Shown: positions 50,108 through 59,837 of the stretch, piece after piece
How the letters are laid out: each line of letters opens with the position of its first letter
Numbering within the stretch: the first letter of the stretch is position 1
Source: an uncultured bacterium
Lineage (GTDB): Bacteria > Patescibacteriota > Minisyncoccia > CAIUEV01
DNA: 64,000 bases
Assembly: GCA_937952315.1 (NCBI GenBank)
Contig: CALFZX010000016.1
Location: forward strand, 14,969 to 78,968
Direction: 5' to 3'
Notes under the pieces: model-generated
Databases searched by the model: none
Seen by the model: only the letters and a program-made list of their open reading frames with translations
What the model was told of the DNA's origin: nothing
Made by a program: the position numbers and the translations under genes

Positions 50108-50186
50108 CTTCCTTTTATTTTTATTGTATTGTACCTTATTTTCAACCCGAAGACTTAATTGTCCTCGGGTTTTTTCTTTTTAAATA

Positions 50187-50219
50187 AAAAAACCGAGGAA
50201 AGAATCCCCGGTCTTTTTT
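50187..50219. terminator. Terminator, module 2 (second hairpin at 50144-50175)
   Basis: AAAAAACCG.GGA...TCC.CGGTCTTTTT, homologous to the module-1 hairpin. Confidence 0.65.
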
Positions 50220-50238
50220 CCTGCCGTAAAAAAACAAT

Positions 50239-50967
50239 CTAGATGCTGTAGGTTGACTGTTCGGTCGTTGTAGAGCTTCCATTCCCGTTGTCTCCACTGC
50301 CACTGTTCCATTCATTAGATTGCATATAATTGAAAGCATCGTCCCATCCGGTGTCCCAACCGTTGCTCCAACCATCATCCCAAGCGCTATTCCATTCGCT
50401 TTCCCAGTCTATATTTTCGTAATTTGTGTTATTCCCGTTACTGCCATTCCATTCATTTTCCCAATTATAATTGGCATAATCGGTATAGGTTGAACCGTCT
50501 TGATACGGACCCCAAACCCATTCATAATTACTGAAGTCATTGTTAAAATAATATTTCTTGGGGGTGGCAACGGGACCGTTGGTTTTTCTCTGGTTGCTAC
50601 TTTGGCCATAGTCAGTCCAAGAGGTCTTATAGGGATAAGCTTTACTTTTTGCCTCTTTACATTTTTCAGCGGACATTTCTTTCACTAAATCCTTAATACT
50701 GTTAATCAGATCCAAATCAATGTTGTTCGTGTTGACCGGGTAATTATTGTTTGTCGCGGTGGCCGTGTTGTTGATTATAATCGGTGTCGGCTCGGCTACC
50801 GGAGCCGGAGCCGGTGCCGGGGCTGGGGCTGGTTGAGCCGGTAAAGCTACATTAATAACCAAGTCATCGTGTTTACTCGGACTTTTTGCCAAAGCGAGAC
50901 TACCTTCCAGCCAGAGACCTCCCGCTAAGACGGTCGCTAAAATTGTTGATAGCAAATACTTTTTCAT
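50239..50967 (-). CDS. Secreted low-complexity protein, paralogue of 48578..49552, Trp/Asn/Asp-rich tail
   Basis: ALAKSPSKHDDL.IN..LPAQPAPAP...INNTATATNNNYP.NTN.I..DL.N.IKDLV shared. Confidence 0.8.
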   Translation of the reverse strand: MKKYLLSTILATVLAGGLWLEGSLALAKSPSKHDDLVINVALPAQPAPAPAPAPAPVAEPTPIIINNTATATNNNYPVNTNNIDLDLINSIKDLVKEMSAEKCKEAKSKAYPYKTSWTDYGQSSNQRKTNGPVATPKKYYFNNDFSNYEWVWGPYQDGSTYTDYANYNWENEWNGSNGNNTNYENIDWESEWNSAWDDGWSNGWDTGWDDAFNYMQSNEWNSGSGDNGNGSSTTTEQSTYSI

Positions 50968-51115
50968 AAATAATAATTTAAATTTTAACCCCAGATGTTT
51001 GTTGAAATAAAAAAAATTGTCAATAGTTTTTAGTTAAATACTAAAAAATCACTCCTAGAAAGGGTTTTAGACATTAAAAAACCGCACGATTTTATTTCGT
51101 ACGGTTTTTTTTAAT

Positions 51116-51691
51116 TTATTCTCTCCATAAGTCGGAGCCGAGAAAAATTCTTTGGTTGTTCAAATCTTCAATTCGTTTATCCTCTCTTAGAATATAAAGC
51201 TTACCTAACTGGAAAATTTTTTCCTCTTTTTGATAAACGATTTCGATTAAGGCAATCTCTCCTTCGCCAAAGTAAGGTGGCCTGGAGGCGGTTTTTGATT
51301 GATCAAAATTTAAGTAACTCTTTTCGTCGTCAAAAACTTTAATGACTAGTCCGTCAAAACTTCTGAAAGAGCCAAAATTTTTTGAATCAACGAAAGAAGT
51401 TATACCCCTGACCAAAACCGGTTTTGCTAAATTCTTTGAGATGAACTGCCAAGAGTTCTGGTTTTTGATACCGGAAATGCGCTGGCCGAACCAAACTTGA
51501 CCCAGAGTGTCATATCCCTTTATCTCCAAAAAATTATCCGATTCAATAAGGATCTCCTTCTTTGCCACTTCATTTGCTTCCTTGGCGTGCAAATTGCCTT
51601 GCGAAAATATCATTCCAAGAGCAGAAGCAAGGACCAATAGAAAGAATACTTCCCAAGCGTTCCTCGTCAGAATTCTGACTAGAAAGTTCAT
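51116..51691 (-). CDS. Hypothetical exported protein
   Basis: Signal-like N-terminus, AAGGAGG SD, hairpin at 51077-51110 downstream. Confidence 0.65.
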   Translation of the reverse strand: MNFLVRILTRNAWEVFFLLVLASALGMIFSQGNLHAKEANEVAKKEILIESDNFLEIKGYDTLGQVWFGQRISGIKNQNSWQFISKNLAKPVLVRGITSFVDSKNFGSFRSFDGLVIKVFDDEKSYLNFDQSKTASRPPYFGEGEIALIEIVYQKEEKIFQLGKLYILREDKRIEDLNNQRIFLGSDLWRE

Positions 51692-51746
51692 AGCGAGCCT
51701 CCTTTAATTTAAAAGAACTTTTTTCAAGATGCATCTAAAAATTAAA

Positions 51747-52631
51747 TTAAGCAAGTGTTTTAAGACCGATAACTATAATTTGGATCGTTGCTTTAAGCGA
51801 CGGTGATTTAGAGACCGATTCAAGCTGGCGGAATATTTCAAAAAAATCTCTAATCAGGGCTAAGCGATCTTCCAAACGATTTAAATCTCGGTTAAGAATA
51901 TTTTTTCGCAGTTTGTTTTTTTCTTCCAAAATAACCAGACGAATAAAGTCGGACGCTTTTTGGGGTTGATCTTTGAATAATTTATCTATTTTTTTGTAAA
52001 TTTCAGCTGTGTCTTGGTTTAAAGCTTCTAAATAGAATTCTTTCAGCTCTCGCCAGTGAGAAAAGTTTTTTTTGATTGAATCGATTTTGACCGGATCTTC
52101 TTCCGACCAAATATTAATTTCTTCTCGGTCCGATCCGTTATTTATTGACGAGGTGGTTTGATGATTCGATTGGCGATTTTCTAAGTGTTGACACCGGGAA
52201 ACGATTGTGGGTAAAAGTTGGTTTTTAAACGATACTCCCAGAAGAAAGAAACAGGCTTTGGGTGGTTCCTCCAGTGCCTTGAGAAGGGCATTTTGGGAAT
52301 TTATATTCATCAAATCAGCTCGAGGAATAAAGACCAGCCGACACCTTAATCGTTGTTTGCCCAAACTGATTTTTTGCAAGGCTTCTCTAATCTGGTCAAT
52401 AACGATAGTTTTTCTCTTTTTTTCATTTTCTATCCAAACAACATCGGAATTCTCCTTTATGCTATCGATAGAAGGATCTGAACAGTTTTTATCAACAAGC
52501 AAAAATATTTTTTTGGCCAGCTGAATCCAGTCTGATGAATCGAGACCGGTAAGGATCAAGGCTTGACTGTTTATAATTTCTTTGTCGAAAAAAACTTTTT
52601 CGATTTTTAATTCGAATGATTCGGTAAGCAC
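51747..52631 (-). CDS. holB: DNA polymerase III delta' subunit-like protein
   Basis: I.IDQIRE, AD.MN..SQNALLKALEEPP, LLPTIVSRC. Confidence 0.8.
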   Translation of the reverse strand: MLTESFELKIEKVFFDKEIINSQALILTGLDSSDWIQLAKKIFLLVDKNCSDPSIDSIKENSDVVWIENEKKRKTIVIDQIREALQKISLGKQRLRCRLVFIPRADLMNINSQNALLKALEEPPKACFFLLGVSFKNQLLPTIVSRCQHLENRQSNHQTTSSINNGSDREEINIWSEEDPVKIDSIKKNFSHWRELKEFYLEALNQDTAEIYKKIDKLFKDQPQKASDFIRLVILEEKNKLRKNILNRDLNRLEDRLALIRDFFEIFRQLESVSKSPSLKATIQIIVIGLKTLA

Positions 52632-52659
52632 ACCTTTCGTTTAAAAGCTGATAAAAAGA

Positions 52660-54456
52660 TTATTTCTCGGGTACAAAATAAACAAGGATGGAGTACCCAA
52701 TCTGATCAACCGGCTTATAGTAATCGGTTAACCAATGGTAGTTTCCCTTTTCTTCCGGATTTAAAGTGTTCCATTGGATAGCGCTGGCCGAAATGGCAAA
52801 CCAGCCGGTAGAGGGCTTTCTGTCAAAACCCCAGTATTCATAACGGTTGGGCAAATAATAATCTAAATCTCCGCCACCGAAATAGTCAATTTTAATATGA
52901 TTAATCTTCTTTTTATCCATAAATTGTTTTAAGCGAATCAAATCTTGGCCCCAATCGACATTCGAATCAACCATGTATTTCCATCCTTCCTTCGGCCCGC
53001 CCTTAATTTCGTTAAAATAGGGCAAATAGCTGGGGAAAACTGTTAAGTTACTCCCTAAATACCAAAGCATCAAAATCAGAAAAGCTCCGATGTTTGTCCA
53101 ATAAAACCCGATTCTCTTTTCTCTGTCCAACGATTTTTCAAACTGCCAGAGCATAATGGCGGTGAACATATAAATAAAGGGAAATACCGGCAGAATATAA
53201 CGAATACCGAGTTGAAGCTTGTTGGTTGAAGCTAGAATAAAAACAAAGCTGGCAAAAACAAAATATCCGATTATAACTGCATTTTCTCTCATCCAAAGCA
53301 GAAAAATTTTTGTTTTGTCTTGGTTTTTGCGATGAAAAAAATGATAAGCGCCAAAACCGAAGATCATAATGGCAAAATAGAAAAGAATCTGAGCGGCAAT
53401 CGGCTCTTTAAGCCAGTAAGCGAAAACGAAATAGTCGGGCCAATGAGTGCCGACTTCTCCAAAAAAGTAAGTGGTGTGGCCACCGGTAGTGTGAGAAGAA
53501 ACCATCAGGAAACCGAGTAAATATTGAGCATAAGGTCGAAGAAAAGAAATATCGGTCATCCAGTGAAGTTTGGTATTAAAGCCCAGTCCGGCCAAATCAG
53601 AATCTTTTATCGAAACATCAATCAATTCGTGTTGTGCTTCTACCGGCATATTCCAAATAAAGACCTGATACCAAAAACCCACTAATAAATAGCCGATAAC
53701 CATAATGGTGCAGACTTTTGCCAGTTCCTTTCCGATTTCTTGGAGCGTGTTAATTATTTTACCTTTGCGATAAGCCCCCAAACCGTAAATAAAGGCGATG
53801 AAAAGAAAAGTCGGAATAAGCAAAAAGACGGAAAATTTGGCGAGCTGAGCCAGACCGAAAACTACGCCCGCCCACAGAAGATTTTTCCAAGTGGGATTTT
53901 CCAAGTATAAATAATAGGCGTAGAGAGCAAAAATGGCAAAGGCGGTGATGCCCATATCGGTTGTAATGAAGCGACCGTGAGCCATTAAATTGGGGGAAAA
54001 GAGAAAGAGAGCCAAAGCGATTAAAGCCGCCTCTCGTCGTTTAGTAATTTTTTCGGTGAAACGATAGAGAAAGAAACCGCCCAGTAAAAAGATTAAAATC
54101 ATTGGTAACCTTCCCCAGAAGAGCATTCCGTCGGCATCGTTTCCGTATTTATAAAGAAATTTATTGCCTAAATCCCACTGATCGTTAATCGGTTTTTGCC
54201 AAGAGGGATCGTATTCCGGAAAGTAAATATCCATAAAAAGCAATGGCAATGCGGCTAGTTGCTTGATTAGGGGAGGATGCTCGGGATTTATCCGATAATC
54301 TTGTTTCGTCCAATAGGAATAGCCGGCCACAATGTGGGGCATTTCATCACGAATTGAAGAATCGTTCCAGACGCTTCCAACGGCCAGAAAACCGGCTCCG
54401 AGCATCATCACAAACGCCAGATAATGTGTCTTTAGTAAATTTTTCCAAAATCGCAT
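52660..54456 (-). CDS. ArnT/PMT (GT-C) family glycosyltransferase
   Basis: DE..HI.AG, NPEHPPL.K, multiple TMs, G.RY.LP, DSNVDWGQDL. Confidence 0.85.
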   Translation of the reverse strand: MRFWKNLLKTHYLAFVMMLGAGFLAVGSVWNDSSIRDEMPHIVAGYSYWTKQDYRINPEHPPLIKQLAALPLLFMDIYFPEYDPSWQKPINDQWDLGNKFLYKYGNDADGMLFWGRLPMILIFLLGGFFLYRFTEKITKRREAALIALALFLFSPNLMAHGRFITTDMGITAFAIFALYAYYLYLENPTWKNLLWAGVVFGLAQLAKFSVFLLIPTFLFIAFIYGLGAYRKGKIINTLQEIGKELAKVCTIMVIGYLLVGFWYQVFIWNMPVEAQHELIDVSIKDSDLAGLGFNTKLHWMTDISFLRPYAQYLLGFLMVSSHTTGGHTTYFFGEVGTHWPDYFVFAYWLKEPIAAQILFYFAIMIFGFGAYHFFHRKNQDKTKIFLLWMRENAVIIGYFVFASFVFILASTNKLQLGIRYILPVFPFIYMFTAIMLWQFEKSLDREKRIGFYWTNIGAFLILMLWYLGSNLTVFPSYLPYFNEIKGGPKEGWKYMVDSNVDWGQDLIRLKQFMDKKKINHIKIDYFGGGDLDYYLPNRYEYWGFDRKPSTGWFAISASAIQWNTLNPEEKGNYHWLTDYYKPVDQIGYSILVYFVPEK

Positions 54457-54537
54457 TTTGTTTTTTTAAATTAAGTTTAAGAACAAAAATCCTTAACTAA
54501 TTTTAAGGCTTTTTTTCGGTTAAGCAAAATGCGCGAA

Positions 54538-55551
54538 TCAAATCATCTGTTTTTTAAAATTCTCTACCATTCTGACGGGGGTGGGATCCTGTTTGTTGTT
54601 GATAGCCAGATAATAAGAAGCTAGACAGCCTAGTTGGATGATTGAAAAAATCCTTAAAATTGTTTCGCCGATTGGAATATCTATCGAGATTGATTTTATT
54701 TTAGATTTTTTTAGTAATTTTTCGGTTAGATTCATTCTTTTTAGATTTCCGGGATGATCTTTGGGATCTCTAAGCATTATAATTTCAAATTTTGCGTTGG
54801 GACGAGTAAAACCGACCATTTCATTATGGTTCAGCTCAGGGAAAAAATTCCAGAAGGCGGGCGTTTTTCCATTTTCATTGATCATTATTTTCCAGATCAA
54901 AGCTATCTCTTTCCAACTTTCGGAAGAATAAATTAGCGGTGTTTTAGCGTTTATTCGAGTGGCAATGGCTTTTCCCCGTTTATTGAAAGAGACAAAGTCC
55001 CGACTTATTTTTTCAGCTGTTTTGCGTAAATTTTCGATTTTGACATTGATTATTTTCAGGTGAGCCAATAAGCCGAGCAGAGCGCCAAGAGTGTAGCCCA
55101 GAGCCATTCGAGGTTGAATACCGCCGGGGATTTTTATCAAGGGTAAATTTTTTTTCAGGGCAATTTTTTCCAATTTCCCGCCACTGGTCATGATTAAAAT
55201 GGGAACTTTCAATTTTAAGCCGTCTTTTAGAGCTGCAAGGGTTTCCTCCGTATTGCCTGAGTAGGATGAAAAAACATAAAGTTTATCGGTGCTTGGAAAT
55301 TGTGAGGCTAAATTATAATTTCGATTAATTTTGACTTCAAAGGATTGAGAGCTTTTTTCCTGTCTCAAAAATAATTTGATCAATTCGCCCGGTAGAGCCG
55401 AACCGCCCATTCCGCTGAGAATCATCCCGTTCAGTTTTCGATCCAATTTTAAGTCGTCGGCCAGCTTAAAGCCGATCAAAAGCTGATTGGGAGAGTTTTT
55501 TATCACTTCAAGAAGATTTTCTTTATCAAAAACTGCTTCGGCTTTTGTCAT
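54538..55551 (-). CDS. Bifunctional phosphoglucose/phosphomannose isomerase
   Basis: GMGGS, SYSGNTEETL, QPRMA, NENGK, PELNHNE, DPTPV. Confidence 0.92.
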   Translation of the reverse strand: MTKAEAVFDKENLLEVIKNSPNQLLIGFKLADDLKLDRKLNGMILSGMGGSALPGELIKLFLRQEKSSQSFEVKINRNYNLASQFPSTDKLYVFSSYSGNTEETLAALKDGLKLKVPILIMTSGGKLEKIALKKNLPLIKIPGGIQPRMALGYTLGALLGLLAHLKIINVKIENLRKTAEKISRDFVSFNKRGKAIATRINAKTPLIYSSESWKEIALIWKIMINENGKTPAFWNFFPELNHNEMVGFTRPNAKFEIIMLRDPKDHPGNLKRMNLTEKLLKKSKIKSISIDIPIGETILRIFSIIQLGCLASYYLAINNKQDPTPVRMVENFKKQMI

Positions 55552-55595
55552 AATTCTTCTTTAAATTTTATTTTTTTGTGTGAACAATTTATCGG

Positions 55596-55669
55596 GGTGG
55601 CAGATGGGGCTCGAACCCACGACGACTCGCTCCACAGGCGAGCGCTCTACCAACTGAGCTACTGCCACC
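55596..55669 (-). tRNA. tRNA-His (GTG) with encoded G-1
   Basis: Reverse complement GGTGGCAGTAGCTCAGTTGGTAGAGCGCTCGCCTGTGGAGCGAG...TTCGAG...CTGCCACC. Confidence 0.95.
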
Positions 55670-55710
55670 ATAAGGCCAGACTAGCAGAATTAATTGAAGT
55701 TGAAAAGATT

Positions 55711-56013
55711 TTATCTGTTAGGGTGCTCGGAAAGGCGAATCAATGAAGAAAAATCATCGTTGGCGGAGGCCTTGTTCTTTTTTATTTTAAAGCATTTTTG
55801 GCATTGGTGAACGATAATGAATCTTCCTTTTTTGCGATCAAGTCCGATCGGTTTCATCGGACCGTTACATTCGGAGGCGCGGTCACCCGGATGATTGTCA
55901 ACATGCTTGCTCCATAAGCATTCGGGGCAATGATTGGTGTAACCGTTGCCGAAAACGAATTTTCCGCAATTGAGACAAACAAAGTTTTCTCTTCTTCGAG
56001 TAAATTTTTTCAT
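55711..56013 (-). CDS. RNHCP domain protein
   Basis: F.C.NCG, TNHCP.CLWSKHVD..PGDRAS.C.G.M. Confidence 0.88.
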   Translation of the reverse strand: MKKFTRRRENFVCLNCGKFVFGNGYTNHCPECLWSKHVDNHPGDRASECNGPMKPIGLDRKKGRFIIVHQCQKCFKIKKNKASANDDFSSLIRLSEHPNR

Positions 56014-56122
56014 AGATTATTTTTTGGTTGCTTTTAACGGTAATTTATGCTACACTCTGAAAATCAGAGCACTTTGTCACCCTATCTTAAGGCCAAAATT
56101 TAAATAAAAAAAGGAGGGTATT

Positions 56123-56659
56123 TTGGCGGAAAAGAATTTTCTTGAAGTTATATCGGATGATCGACAGTTTTGGTTTAGAATATTTGCTCCCATTGTAGTT
56201 CTTTACTTTGTGGTAACGCTAGTGATTGTCGAAGGGGTATTTGGAGCGGAGATTGATTGCAAAAGAGACATCGGACTTTGGATTGAAGAATTGGAGAAAA
56301 ATCCTCAAAATCACCGTGAGGCGATTTCAAACATCCAAGCCAAGGCGAATGAATGTAGAATCGACTTGGAAAAGGAATTTCAATTTTCTTTTCAAAAGCT
56401 GATGATATTAAGAAAAAAAGGGGCAAGTATCAATGTGGCTAATTTTATTCAGGGACTAAGAAGCAATCCCCCTGACGAAGAAAAAGCCATGCTTGTCGAT
56501 CTGTTGATTGAGGAAATGAAGGTCTCCGGTTTGAGATTGTCTGATTTGTTTGATGAATTGTCCTTAAGACAAGCTCGTTATTCGATTCAAAAAGCACTCA
56601 AAGGTTACAAGTTCACCAGTCCTCAAGAACAATTGGAGGCCTACAAATTGATATTTTGA
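56123..56659 (+). CDS. Hypothetical (orphan) membrane-anchored protein
   Basis: TTG start with AAGGAGG at 56111; one TM. Confidence 0.6.
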   Translation: MAEKNFLEVISDDRQFWFRIFAPIVVLYFVVTLVIVEGVFGAEIDCKRDIGLWIEELEKNPQNHREAISNIQAKANECRIDLEKEFQFSFQKLMILRKKGASINVANFIQGLRSNPPDEEKAMLVDLLIEEMKVSGLRLSDLFDELSLRQARYSIQKALKGYKFTSPQEQLEAYKLIF

Positions 56660-56705
56660 TGCCCATAATTTCAAGTGACAAGTCTCTGTTTAAGACCGAA
56701 ATAGC

Positions 56706-57551
56706 TTAGCTTTTCGGTCTTTTTTTCTTTTTATTTCCGTTTAGATTCGCGATGATTTTTTCGCGCATTTCTTTCAATGATAAAGCAATCAGTGCCAAAC
56801 CGTAACCGATGAATAAATATCCGCCCGTCCAGAGCAGATCTATTTTAGTTACCCAAAAGTCATTCTGCATGTAAGCTTCTTCGTAAATAGAAAAAATCAC
56901 ATCCGCAATCAGAGTTAAAAAAATACCGGCCAAAATTGATAGCCAGGGAGCGAAAAGTTTTCCTTGTCGATAATCGACAATCACGAAAATAATCAGTAAA
57001 CCGGCAAACAGAAGAATCAAATCGCTCAATCCGTAAAAAATGGAAAAGACATTTGAGATGGCGTCGTCTTCCGGGTTAAAGGCGGAATAAACTCCGAAAT
57101 AAAACACGAGTAAACCCAAGATTGTTGCTATTGCAATAATCGGCAAAGTCCTTTGACTCTTCCAGCGAATTTTTCCAATCCGAATTTCTTTGACTAAACC
57201 GATAAAAAGCAACGGATAGGCCAGGATAAAAAAAATATCCGCTATCGACGGATAAGGCTTCTCCAATGAAAAAAAGTCCAGAAAGACCCAGGTCGCTTCG
57301 GCAATGAACCAAAGAAAGAGGCCGGTAGAAAAATACAATAAAACTTGGCCTCTTGGATGTTTAAAACCGTAAAGTTTAACGACTAAAAGACCGACCAAGG
57401 TGGCTATTAATGCCGAAAAAACATAGAGAGTGTCTGGGAGCAGGCTCTTTCCTCCGGTGACCAGAACCGTCAGAAGAAAAAATATGAAGTATCCGCCGAA
57501 GAAAAGAGCTATTTGATTTTTAATCGAGATAAAATTTAATTTGATTTTCAT
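56706..57551 (-). CDS. Polytopic membrane protein resembling a stand-alone membrane sensor module
   Basis: About 8 TMs with PYPSIAD.F...YP, Y..SDL.LL and AD..F motifs; no cytoplasmic output domain. Confidence 0.55.
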   Translation of the reverse strand: MKIKLNFISIKNQIALFFGGYFIFFLLTVLVTGGKSLLPDTLYVFSALIATLVGLLVVKLYGFKHPRGQVLLYFSTGLFLWFIAEATWVFLDFFSLEKPYPSIADIFFILAYPLLFIGLVKEIRIGKIRWKSQRTLPIIAIATILGLLVFYFGVYSAFNPEDDAISNVFSIFYGLSDLILLFAGLLIIFVIVDYRQGKLFAPWLSILAGIFLTLIADVIFSIYEEAYMQNDFWVTKIDLLWTGGYLFIGYGLALIALSLKEMREKIIANLNGNKKKKRPKS

Positions 57552-57778
57552 ATGTTATTTTTTAGATCTTTAATCTCCAGTTGGGCTTTATCCGGACCAA
57601 CCAGCTCCGTCAGAGATTCTTCCAAGGAACTGAGAATTTCTTTTTCCGCTTTATCCTTGAGGCCGGCACGATAAAGTTGGGCCGTTCCGCTACCAAAATT
57701 CAGGTAAACTATTTTACAGGCTTCTTCAATCAAGCTCTTTTTTGGGCTATTTTCTTCGGATGAGCTTATCGGATCCAT
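57548..57778 (-). CDS. Small hypothetical protein, coupled to the downstream membrane protein
   Basis: 76 aa, 4-nt ATGA overlap with the 57551 start. Confidence 0.6.
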   Translation of the reverse strand: MDPISSSEENSPKKSLIEEACKIVYLNFGSGTAQLYRAGLKDKAEKEILSSLEESLTELVGPDKAQLEIKDLKNNI

Positions 57779-57843
57779 TTTTTATTTTTATTGTTTTAGA
57801 TTTCTTCGACAAGTATTATCTAATTTTATTTTATTTTTGACAA

Positions 57844-59721
57844 TCAAATTTTATCGGGGGCTTCAATGCCTAGGAGAGAAAGACCGTCTTTCAAAATATT
57901 TTTAACGGCTAAAACCAGATTTTTTCTTAATTCTGCTGTTGTTTGATCGTGGCAATTAGCTACCGAATGGCGACTGTAAAAAGCGCTGAAGAGCGAAGCT
58001 AGCTCAAAAAGATATCCGGCCAGTAAATTAGGAGAACATTGCCTACCGGCGATGATAAGAGCTTCCCGATAATGAACGATGAAACGAATGAGATTTCTTT
58101 CCTCTTCTTTCCAATCATTGCCACCTTTTTCTTCATGATCATCTTTTTTTCTTCCGGTAGTTCCTCGCGAATCAATCTTTTTGAGAATATTGGCGGCGCG
58201 AGCGTGGGCATATTGAAGATAGGGACCACTATTGCCGTGAAGGTCCAAAGCTTGATTATAGTCAAAAACTATTTCACCGAATGGGTTTGGTTTTAAGAGA
58301 TAGTATTTGATTGCTCCAACGGCGATTTTTTCTATTTCTTGAGCGTGGGGATGTTTTTTTTGAATTTCTTTTTTCAGCAGTTCTAAAAGATCGTCGGCGT
58401 TGACAATCAGACCATCTCGGCCGGAAAGAGCGTAACTACTCTTTTTTTCTTTAATTTCCAGTCCAAGTTTTTTGGCGGTAGCGGGGGAGAGAGAGACTAG
58501 ACCGTAACCGATATGTTTGAAATTATCAGCCTCTTTTTGAAATCCGGCCGTTTGAAGGGCTGATTTGACGCTCTCTTGCGGAAAAGATTGTCGCATATCT
58601 ATAAAATTGAGTACACCGGTGCCTTGACCCATTTTTGAATTGGCTTTACCACTAACCGAGGTCGAAAGCAGAGCTTCTTTTTGAGATCCAGTCTCCCATT
58701 TTTTGTACTTGAAATCGCTTTTTAACAGGCCGTATTTCCAAAAATGATAGGCGATATCTTTGCCGGTATAAGTGACGATGCCGTTTGATTTAATGATGAC
58801 TTTTTCTTGATCTTCCGAGTTGACAAGGACCCAACAACCCTTATTTTTCCCCTTTTTAGCTAGATAGAAGGCGGAAAGGGTTTTTAATTTTTCAAGAGTT
58901 TCCTCCCAAAGACCGAAATGAAAAATATCACTTTCCCAAATCAGCGCGTCATAGGAGATGGTGAATCGGCCGGTCGTTTCCAGATTGGCGTTAACAATTT
59001 GGCCGACAACTTCTCGATGTCCCAGATTCTTGGGAGAGTCGTAGTCTTCCAAATCTTTTAATAAAGACTCTATCTCTCGAGCCAGATTGCTGTCCTGTTT
59101 GATTTTTTGAGCCATAGCGACATAGACACGACCGGCAAAATGGTCGAATTTTTCCTCTTTCTTCTTTTCTATGTTTAATCGGTCCAGATATTTAAAACCT
59201 AAAAGGGTTATAGCGACTTGCAGTCCGGTGTTGTCAACATAATATTCGACTTCTACCAATCTACCGGTTTTTTGTAAGATTTTTTTAACGGCGTCGCCCA
59301 AGCAGGCGCTTCTCAAGTGACCGATATGAATGGCTTTATTCGGATTGACATTGGTATGCTCCAGAATTATTTTTTCCGGTTTTTTGACTGATTCGACGGA
59401 ATTATCCAGACCTTTTCCTGAGGCGTATTCGAGTAAATTTTTTATCAATGCCTGATCGCCCAAATAAAAATTGATAAAAGCCGGTCTTTCAATGGAAACA
59501 CGATTGATAAAATCCATTTTTCCCAATTTATTTACAATCTCTTGAGCGATTTCAAAGGGGGGTCGATGAAGTTGACCGGCCAATATCATAGCTATATTGC
59601 TTGAATAATCGCCGAATCTTTTTTCTTGAGGCCTGGAAACATCAAAATTGGTTTTCGGGATTATACCGATTTCAGTAAGAGTTTTTTTTAATTCTTTCTT
59701 GATTTGATTCTTAAACATCAT
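57844..59721 (-). CDS. argS: Arginine--tRNA ligase
   Basis: FGDYSSN.AM, EHT.VNPNK..HIGH, GNSGPYLQYAHAR, LLGIEAP. Confidence 0.95.
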   Translation of the reverse strand: MMFKNQIKKELKKTLTEIGIIPKTNFDVSRPQEKRFGDYSSNIAMILAGQLHRPPFEIAQEIVNKLGKMDFINRVSIERPAFINFYLGDQALIKNLLEYASGKGLDNSVESVKKPEKIILEHTNVNPNKAIHIGHLRSACLGDAVKKILQKTGRLVEVEYYVDNTGLQVAITLLGFKYLDRLNIEKKKEEKFDHFAGRVYVAMAQKIKQDSNLAREIESLLKDLEDYDSPKNLGHREVVGQIVNANLETTGRFTISYDALIWESDIFHFGLWEETLEKLKTLSAFYLAKKGKNKGCWVLVNSEDQEKVIIKSNGIVTYTGKDIAYHFWKYGLLKSDFKYKKWETGSQKEALLSTSVSGKANSKMGQGTGVLNFIDMRQSFPQESVKSALQTAGFQKEADNFKHIGYGLVSLSPATAKKLGLEIKEKKSSYALSGRDGLIVNADDLLELLKKEIQKKHPHAQEIEKIAVGAIKYYLLKPNPFGEIVFDYNQALDLHGNSGPYLQYAHARAANILKKIDSRGTTGRKKDDHEEKGGNDWKEEERNLIRFIVHYREALIIAGRQCSPNLLAGYLFELASLFSAFYSRHSVANCHDQTTAELRKNLVLAVKNILKDGLSLLGIEAPDKI

Positions 59722-59837
59722 TTTAAGCTTAAATGTCTTGACAAAATATATTAGTGTGCTAGTCTCACCTGTTTTCGGATAGAGTCTTAAATTATTGAAT
59801 TAGAGGCTTTACGAAACTAATTTGTAAATAACGATCA

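Noticed and set aside
47799-51700. Integrated prophage or island at tRNA-Arg
   Set aside because: No integrase, and I found no duplicated tRNA 3' end. Only an 11-bp TTCAACGGATA echo upstream (47768), which may be chance.
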